Sequence record: DRR378314_2238
Reading direction: 5' to 3' (one strand)
Length of the DNA stretch: 64,000 bases
The position numbers and the translations under genes are program-made. Positions 57,853-64,000 of this stretch are shown piece after piece. How positions within the stretch are numbered: the stretch's first letter is position 1; every line of letters starts with the position of its first letter. The notes under the pieces are model-generated. The model saw only the letters and a program-made list of their open reading frames with translations. It was not told the origin of the DNA and searched no databases.

Positions 57853-58785
57853 ATGCTTCCGCCCTCTTTTTCCAAAGCAGATATGCATTTGCTCTATGTC
57901 TTTTCGGCAGTGGTCGAGGCCCGCGGGTTTTCAGCAGCACAAATCTCGCTGAATGTCTCGGCATCGACCATATCCAGGCAGATTTCTGATCTGGAAACCC
58001 GGTTGGGCATGCGATTGTGTCAGCGCGGTCGGAAAGGCTTTCGCCTGACCGACAAGGGCGAAATCGTTTACTCCGCCTCTCAGAAACTGTTCGCGTCGCT
58101 TGAACATTTTGGCGAAGTTGTGGACGGGACCCGCGGTAAGCTGGTCGGCCGCCTGTCGGTTGCCGCTATCGACAACTGGGCCTTTAACGACGACGCGCCT
58201 ATTGTGGGCGCACTGGGGGAACTGACCCGAATTGCGCCCGATGTTTCGGTCGAAGTGCATTCCCTTGCGCCCGACGACATCGAGATCGCGGTTCAGGACG
58301 GGCAGGTTTCCGTGGGCGTCGGTGTGTTTCACAAGCACAAGCCCGGATTGATCTATGAGCTTTTGGGGACTGAGAAAATTGGGCTGTACTGTGCCCAGGG
58401 TCATCCCCTGTACGAAGCTGCCACTCGTTCAGAGGTCGAGCGTTTGTTGCCAGAAGCAAACTATTGCAAACGCGCCTATCTGAATGAGGACCAGGTTGCC
58501 CCGATATCGATCGGGTTGCGGTCGAATGCAAGCGCACATCAGATCGAGGGGATCGCAATACTGGTTCTGACCGGCGGCTATATCGGTTACTTGCCCGAAA
58601 GTTTCGCGAATATCTGGGTCCGCGAAGGAAGAATGCGATCAGTCGGGGACGGATTGTACGACCTGAAATCAGAAATCAAGTTGGTTCGAAAACGCGGCGA
58701 AGATCCTAATCTTTTGGGTAAAACCTTTATCCAGTTGCTAAAAGACGCGTCCTCGCGTGTGTCGGGGGTCAAATTAATAGGGTAG
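57853..58785 (+). CDS. LysR family regulator (BauR/GbuR/GpuR-like)
   Basis: DMHLLYVFSAVVEARGFSAAQ...LETRLGMRLCQRGRKGF; start uncertain (57838 or 57853). Confidence 0.9.
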   Translation: MLPPSFSKADMHLLYVFSAVVEARGFSAAQISLNVSASTISRQISDLETRLGMRLCQRGRKGFRLTDKGEIVYSASQKLFASLEHFGEVVDGTRGKLVGRLSVAAIDNWAFNDDAPIVGALGELTRIAPDVSVEVHSLAPDDIEIAVQDGQVSVGVGVFHKHKPGLIYELLGTEKIGLYCAQGHPLYEAATRSEVERLLPEANYCKRAYLNEDQVAPISIGLRSNASAHQIEGIAILVLTGGYIGYLPESFANIWVREGRMRSVGDGLYDLKSEIKLVRKRGEDPNLLGKTFIQLLKDASSRVSGVKLIG

Positions 58786-58807
58786 AATGACCTATGGCAC
58801 TAATTTG

Positions 58808-58836
58808 CTCATCTTTACCCTGAGGAAACATCATTT
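58808..58836 (+). promoter_or_regulatory. LysR-type operator (island motif)
   Basis: CTCATC-TTTACC-CTGAG-GAAACA-TCATTT. Confidence 0.7.
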
Positions 58837-58894
58837 TTCGCAACGCCTCCTTCCGCGCAAAGTCGAGCGCGTAAACGCTAGGGAGGATTAGTCG

Positions 58895-59851
58895 ATGAAA
58901 TTCCACAATACCGTTGCGGCAGGTTTTGCAGCTCTGTGTCTGTCGATCACTGGGGCGCATGCCGAAGGTATCAAGAGCGCGGCAATCGTGATGCCGGGGT
59001 CCGTTTCAGACAATGGATGGAACCAGGCGGGCTTTGAAGGTTTGACAAAAGCGGGCGAAGATCTTGGCTTTGATACGGCGTATAGTGAAAGCGTCCATCA
59101 GCCAGAACAGATCGAAGTTCTGAGCGATTATGCCCGGCGCGGCTATAGCCTTGTCATTGGGCATGGCGGTGAGTTTCAAGACGCTGTTGAGCGGGTTGCA
59201 GATCGATTCCCTGACACGATGTTCATGATCAACAACGGCTTGGGCACGTCAGAGAATATTGCGAATGCGGATTTCTACTTCAGCCAGATTGCTTATCTGA
59301 TGGGGTATGTGGCGGGTTCGATGACAGAAACCGATACAATCGGGATCATCGCTGCACAGAAGTTCAAATTCACTAATGACACCGTTGCCGGCTATGAAAG
59401 TGGCGCCAAGGCTGCCAATCCGGATGTCAATGTGCTGGTTACCTGGACCGGCGATTGGGATGATGTAGCTAAAGGCAAAGAGGCCGCTTTGAACCAGATT
59501 TCACAGGGTGCTGATGTCGTCTGGCCAACTATGGACAGCGCCACCTTGGGCTCGATGCAGGCGGTGCAAGAGAAAGGTGTCTACGGCATCGGCATCTATC
59601 GTGACGCAATCAACGAGTGGCCGGAAATTCTGCAGTCGGCCATCCTGGACGTCCGCGGCAACATGAAAAGCTATCTTGAGCTTGCCTCTGCTGGAACGCT
59701 TGAAGGCAACCTGTACCGTGGTGACATGTCAAACAGCCAGGCAATGCGCATCGGAACTTTCCACCCCGACATTCCTGAAAGCGTAGTTGAGGAGGTAAAC
59801 GCTCTGATCGCGCAGATGAATGCGGGCGAATTGGTGATTGAACCAAGATAA
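58895..59851 (+). CDS. BMP/PnrA family nucleoside-binding protein
   Basis: Signal peptide; PGSVSDNGWN, IGHGGEF, TGDWDD..KGKEAA. Confidence 0.88.
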   Translation: MKFHNTVAAGFAALCLSITGAHAEGIKSAAIVMPGSVSDNGWNQAGFEGLTKAGEDLGFDTAYSESVHQPEQIEVLSDYARRGYSLVIGHGGEFQDAVERVADRFPDTMFMINNGLGTSENIANADFYFSQIAYLMGYVAGSMTETDTIGIIAAQKFKFTNDTVAGYESGAKAANPDVNVLVTWTGDWDDVAKGKEAALNQISQGADVVWPTMDSATLGSMQAVQEKGVYGIGIYRDAINEWPEILQSAILDVRGNMKSYLELASAGTLEGNLYRGDMSNSQAMRIGTFHPDIPESVVEEVNALIAQMNAGELVIEPR

Positions 59852-59876
59852 CCAAGTCTACCCCCTCAAACAGGTG

Positions 59877-59904
59877 ATGCCCCGGGATATTCCCGGGGCA
59901 TTTT
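59877..59904 (+). terminator. Intrinsic terminator
   Basis: ATGCCCCGGGA-TAT-TCCCGGGGCAT-TTT. Confidence 0.8.
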
Positions 59905-59977
59905 CGTGTTGCTGATCCGTAGGCAGGTGCCTTGGGTTCACCATCTCGTGAAAGCCTGAGCTTGGTTTGGTCGTCGG

Positions 59978-59994
59978 ATGAAGAAAGATCATGC
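59978..59994 (+). promoter_or_regulatory. Candidate LysR box (weak island motif)
   Basis: ATGAA-GAAAGA-TCATGC about 60 nt before start. Confidence 0.4.
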
Positions 59995-60053
59995 TACGCC
60001 ACGTGCAAAGGCCTCTATTTTTCAGAGACAAAGAAACAAACACGGGTAGCACG

Positions 60054-61067
60054 ATGAAAACTTCCATATACAAATCGCTTCTCACTTCGTCTCTGATCAC
60101 TCTTGCCGGTATGGCGTATGCCGAGGGGGATGTGGCGTTTTGGGATGACGCCTCCAAATCTGTCAGCGTCCCTGCCGAGGCGCTGTACCCCGAGGGGATC
60201 GAGCTGCATCCCAAGACAGGTGAGTTTCTGTTGGGGTCGATCCGCAAGGGAAAAGTCATCGCCTTGTCCGAGGATGGCAGCGTTCGGACCATCGTCGAGG
60301 ATGAGCGGCTGCGCTCGGTCGTGGGTATTCGCGTCGACGAGGCGCGCAACCGTCTTCTGGTGAACAGTTCAGACTATGGCGTGGCCGAACGCAGCGAACC
60401 GTCAGACAAGTTCGCAACCATGGCTTTAGGGGTATATGATCTGGATACGGGTGAGCCGGTTCTGTTCGTGAACCTTGCCGGGTTGCGCCCAGATGAGGCG
60501 CATTTTGCAAATGATCTGGCGGTAGATGACGCAGGCAATGCGTATATTACCGACAGCCTAGCGGCTGCAATATACAAGGTTACCCCTGCAGGTCAGGCAA
60601 GCGTGTTTCTGACACATGAAGATTTCCGGGGATCAGGGTTCAATCTGAATGGTATTCAGGTTCATCCCGACGGATACTTGCTGGTAGCCAAGAAAAGCGA
60701 CGGATCGCTGTTCAAAGTGCCATTGGACCGGCCTGCGGAATTCAGCCGGGTCGCAACCCCCAAGCCATTGGTCGGAACCGACGGGCTGCTTTTGGTTGAT
60801 GCGGACACATTGGTTGTGATCACCAATCTTGCCTCTGGCGTTGAATCAAACACGGTGTTTTCGCTCTCAACTTCGGATGATTGGGGCAGCGCGAATATCG
60901 AAGGCCAATTCGAAACCGGCGATGTCTACCCCACAACAGGCACCATCAAGGACGGTAAGGTCTTTGTGAATTACGGGCGATTGAACACCCTAGGCGCGAC
61001 CTTGGAAAACAACGGAGCCCTTCTGGAAGGCTTTACAATCCAAGAAGTCGGGCAGTTGAAGAAGTAA
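60054..61067 (+). CDS. Secreted SMP-30/gluconolactonase-like beta-propeller protein
   Basis: Signal peptide; LYPEGI, FANDLAVD..GNAYITDS, LNGI, DGL, YPTT. Confidence 0.8.
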   Translation: MKTSIYKSLLTSSLITLAGMAYAEGDVAFWDDASKSVSVPAEALYPEGIELHPKTGEFLLGSIRKGKVIALSEDGSVRTIVEDERLRSVVGIRVDEARNRLLVNSSDYGVAERSEPSDKFATMALGVYDLDTGEPVLFVNLAGLRPDEAHFANDLAVDDAGNAYITDSLAAAIYKVTPAGQASVFLTHEDFRGSGFNLNGIQVHPDGYLLVAKKSDGSLFKVPLDRPAEFSRVATPKPLVGTDGLLLVDADTLVVITNLASGVESNTVFSLSTSDDWGSANIEGQFETGDVYPTTGTIKDGKVFVNYGRLNTLGATLENNGALLEGFTIQEVGQLKK

Positions 61068-61078
61068 CTTCGGGCCCA

Positions 61079-61108
61079 GCCGCACCGGCCAGAATTGGCT
61101 GGTGCGGC
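61079..61108 (+). terminator. Hairpin downstream of SMP-30 gene
   Basis: GCCGCACCGGCCA-GAAT-TGGCTGGTGCGGC; no T-run. Confidence 0.5.
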
Positions 61109-61189
61109 GACCAACATTGATCGCGCAATCGTGAAGGTGATTGCCAATGGGTTTTAGGGTAGAAACTTGGAAATGAGGAGATTGAACAG

Positions 61190-61588
61190 ATGAACAGACG
61201 GATGTTCTGCACCGCGTCGCTTGCTGCGCTCGCTCTTGGGTTCGCAGGCAAAGTCAAAGCCGGTCAAGATGTGAAGTTCCACTTTTACGGTGCGGAAGAT
61301 TGCCCACCTTGTATGGCGTTCAAGCGCAACCACCTGTCAGATGTGAAGGCAGAAGGGCAGGCGCTTGGCTTTGCCGTCGAAGACAATATCATCGCAAAAA
61401 CCCGTGATGTTCCCAATCCGGGCGTCTATGGTGACCGCGACCCAATTCTTCGCTTGGCAGCGCCGCAGCTCGAGCTGGTGTACCCGCCTATATTCTTCGT
61501 GTCCCAAGGTGGGGAAATCGTATCGGTTCATGCGCATGATTGGCGTGCGGCACTTGAATCCGCTCGGCAATTGGTGGATTCAGCCTGA
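61190..61588 (+). CDS. Tat-exported thioredoxin-like protein
   Basis: NRRMF Tat motif; CPPC; YPP.F cis-Pro region. Confidence 0.7.
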   Translation: MNRRMFCTASLAALALGFAGKVKAGQDVKFHFYGAEDCPPCMAFKRNHLSDVKAEGQALGFAVEDNIIAKTRDVPNPGVYGDRDPILRLAAPQLELVYPPIFFVSQGGEIVSVHAHDWRAALESARQLVDSA

Positions 61589-61689
61589 CGACAGGCGCGC
61601 CCTAGCTGTGTATGTAAGGGACCGGCGGGGGGTTTGAAACAAGGGTTTGGCAGCGACAGGTCAACTAAACCTATGAAAGATAGTTGAAT

Positions 61690-62595
61690 ATGACGAAGAG
61701 ACGTTCAATCGTGACCGGTGCGTTAGTCGCAGATGCAGCCTCGCTGGGGCTGCATTGGCTTTATGACCAAGCGCGTATTCAAAAACTGGTCGGACAGACC
61801 CCTGAATTCTGTGCTACCACTGCAGCAGATTTCGAAGGTGTGCCGTCCTATTTTGCACACCCGCTGAAGCAGCCCGGCGACCTTAGCCAATATGGTGAAC
61901 AATGCCTTGTCCTGTTACGTGCTTTGGCGTCCCAGCGGGGCGCATACGATCAAGAGGCTTACAATAATGCCTTCGTTTCGCATTACGGATATGGCGGCAC
62001 CTATTGTGGCTATATCGATGGGGCCACGCGTGGCACGCTGGACAACCTTGCCAATGGAAAATCGGATCAGGTGCTTGGCGCACAGGACACTCAATTGCCT
62101 GCAATTGCGAAACTTCCGCCCCTGATCGCAGCGGGGCAGGAGGCACATGCAGAAGAAGCAATTCGCACAACCAATCAGACTGATCTTGCTTTGTCCTACG
62201 GCCGTGTTGCCTGTGCGATGCTGATCGCCGCACGAGACAACGGGACTGTCGGCGATGTGGTCGAGGCTGCGTTTGAAGCGGCGGATAACAACACACGGCC
62301 AACGCTGGAATTGGCGCGCGCCTCTACTGATCGGGACACTTGCAAATTCACTGAAGAAGTCGGGATGTCGTGTGAGTTGGAATATGGCTTGCCCAGTGTT
62401 CTTCATAACCTGTTGACAGCCAAGACGTATCAGGAGGCCATTCGAACGAATATCCTTGCGGGTGGTGATAATTGCGGTCGCGCTATTCTTCTAGGTGGGG
62501 TACTTGGTGCAACCCATGGCATTCCGGAAAGCTGGGTGTCGAAGGTCCATTCCATGGACGAGGTCGAGGACCTGTTTGAAAAACTGGGCCTCTGA
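61690..62595 (+). CDS. ADP-ribosylglycohydrolase-fold protein (J1-crystallin/SelJ-like subfamily)
   Basis: GALVADAASLGLHWLYD, GD.SQYG, NILAGGDNCGR..LLG..LGA, IPESW. Confidence 0.8.
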   Translation: MTKRRSIVTGALVADAASLGLHWLYDQARIQKLVGQTPEFCATTAADFEGVPSYFAHPLKQPGDLSQYGEQCLVLLRALASQRGAYDQEAYNNAFVSHYGYGGTYCGYIDGATRGTLDNLANGKSDQVLGAQDTQLPAIAKLPPLIAAGQEAHAEEAIRTTNQTDLALSYGRVACAMLIAARDNGTVGDVVEAAFEAADNNTRPTLELARASTDRDTCKFTEEVGMSCELEYGLPSVLHNLLTAKTYQEAIRTNILAGGDNCGRAILLGGVLGATHGIPESWVSKVHSMDEVEDLFEKLGL

Positions 62596-62654
62596 GATTG
62601 GATCGGGTAAAATTTGATGCGGCGGGTTCCTGTTTGGCAAATTGTTAGCCCATC

Positions 62655-62969
62655 ATGGGGGTCCGCGGCGTTAAGTGTGCCCGGAGAAGCGAGATCACTA
62701 CGCTTGTGAACACTGCCAAAAAGCTGTTGCTACCGATCGCAATTCTGCTGATGTTTTTGCTGTCGGTCAGCGCAGTTCCACCCTTCTACCTGGTAGAAGG
62801 GTTGGCAAACACGTTTGGCTACGAATTTTCATCAAAAGAACAATACGTTCAGAGTGTTATGATTGCGCGCGGCCTTTATACAGCCATCGGGCTTATGATC
62901 GTCATTTGGATAGGATGGTCGGTTGTTCGGATGGGGCATAAAAACTCCCGAAATTCCTCGGATATCTGA
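62655..62969 (+). CDS. Hypothetical two-TM membrane protein
   Basis: Two hydrophobic segments; start uncertain. Confidence 0.5.
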   Translation: MGVRGVKCARRSEITTLVNTAKKLLLPIAILLMFLLSVSAVPPFYLVEGLANTFGYEFSSKEQYVQSVMIARGLYTAIGLMIVIWIGWSVVRMGHKNSRNSSDI

Positions 62970-63093
62970 CAACGCCAAAGATCTGGGCTGAATCAGAGGA
63001 TTCCGGGCGGCATATCCTTGCAGCTGGGGTTGCGGGACCAAAATCAATGAACACAGGTCTTTTCATTCTTCTGACAAGCCCCATAATGCCGAA

Positions 63094-63993
63094 ATGCGAA
63101 CGTGGCGGATAAATAGTACGGCTTCGGGACTGCGGAAATGGCAGGATGGCTTGGCTTCTGCGTTCGTGCGTCTTGATGCCCAAGCCGTCGGAAACCACGA
63201 TTTTGTCGGCAGGATCGAGCAAGCCCATCTTCCGACCGGGCAAGTAAGCCGGGTTCGTGCCGCTCCTCATCGGGTGCTGCGGCGTTCGGAACACGTCGCG
63301 CGCAGGCGACGGGATCTGGTCTTTGCCAATCTCCAACTGTCAGGACGTGGTTTGGTCGAGATGCCCCAAGGCCGCTACGAAACTGCACCGATGGATTTGT
63401 GCTTGGTTTCGACGTCTGAACCGTATTCGATCACCCATACTGCACCATTTGAATTGATCTCGATCGCAATTCCGCAAGATGCTCTCCCAGCAACACTTGA
63501 TCCTGGTATTCTGCGCCTGTCTCAAAGCGCTGCTGGCCGCGAATTGGCAAATGTTCTTGCCGGGCTTGGCGCGTTGGCCTTGCAGCTACCTGCGGCCAAC
63601 GATGCGTTGAATGCACAGATCCTCAGCACTTTGTCGCTTGTCACACAGGTTTCTGCGGAAGAAACCGACGACATCGCGCTGCTGGAGGCGATTCAAGCGC
63701 ATATTGCACGATGTCATATGCAACCAGAGTTATCAGCGGCGCCGTTGGCCGCGTCGTTTGGGATAACCGAGCGTAAAATACACGCATTGTTTGAAGAAAC
63801 AGGTCAGACGGTAGGTTCCCGTATCGAGGCTGCGCGCCTTGCAACGGCGCAGTCGCTGCTGGAAACTACCGACCTGCAAATCTCAGCCATTGCCGCGCGA
63901 TCAGGTTTCCGCGACCCCAGCTATTTTGCACGCGTCTTTCGTCGAAAGCATGGGGTAAGCCCGGGCACTTGGCGCGCTGCACAATTGTCCTGA
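63094..63993 (+). CDS. AraC family regulator (FeaR-like ligand domain)
   Basis: C-terminal RL..A..LL, IAARSGFRDPSYFARVFRRKHGVSP. Confidence 0.9.
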   Translation: MRTWRINSTASGLRKWQDGLASAFVRLDAQAVGNHDFVGRIEQAHLPTGQVSRVRAAPHRVLRRSEHVARRRRDLVFANLQLSGRGLVEMPQGRYETAPMDLCLVSTSEPYSITHTAPFELISIAIPQDALPATLDPGILRLSQSAAGRELANVLAGLGALALQLPAANDALNAQILSTLSLVTQVSAEETDDIALLEAIQAHIARCHMQPELSAAPLAASFGITERKIHALFEETGQTVGSRIEAARLATAQSLLETTDLQISAIAARSGFRDPSYFARVFRRKHGVSPGTWRAAQLS

Positions 63994-64000
63994 TCGCTCG

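Noticed and set aside
1-64000. IS elements, integrases, CRISPR arrays, tRNA/rRNA, phage or defence genes
   Set aside because: None recognisable in the ORFs or intergenic DNA

Overview
Gene-dense, moderately GC-rich alphaproteobacterial DNA; the gene content (Hint/BIL protein, DUF1989, many ABC importers) suggests Rhodobacteraceae/Roseobacter, which is an inference. I see about 60 CDS and no rRNA, tRNA, CRISPR or IS elements. The window is an accessory island for uptake and catabolism of nitrogen-rich solutes, heavily biased toward guanidino/amidino chemistry. It has three ureohydrolases (one resembling the metformin/dimethylguanidine hydrolase catalytic subunit), a DDAH/amidinotransferase-fold enzyme, an N-carbamoylase, DauB- and DauR-like genes without DauA, a kinase + PLP phospho-lyase pair, and a DUF1989/deaminase/PuuE-like/amidase cluster. 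It also has five ABC importers and five LysR regulators. Read directly from the DNA, a repeated LysR-type operator (yTCAkC-N5-6-CTGAG-N6-TCAwTT) lies about 40-90 nt upstream of up to nine transcription units between 19 and 60 kb. It links them into a putative regulon and joins a nucleoside-type ABC operon to its binding protein 12 kb away. Family assignments come from motif recognition and recall, not database searches; all substrates are hypotheses.
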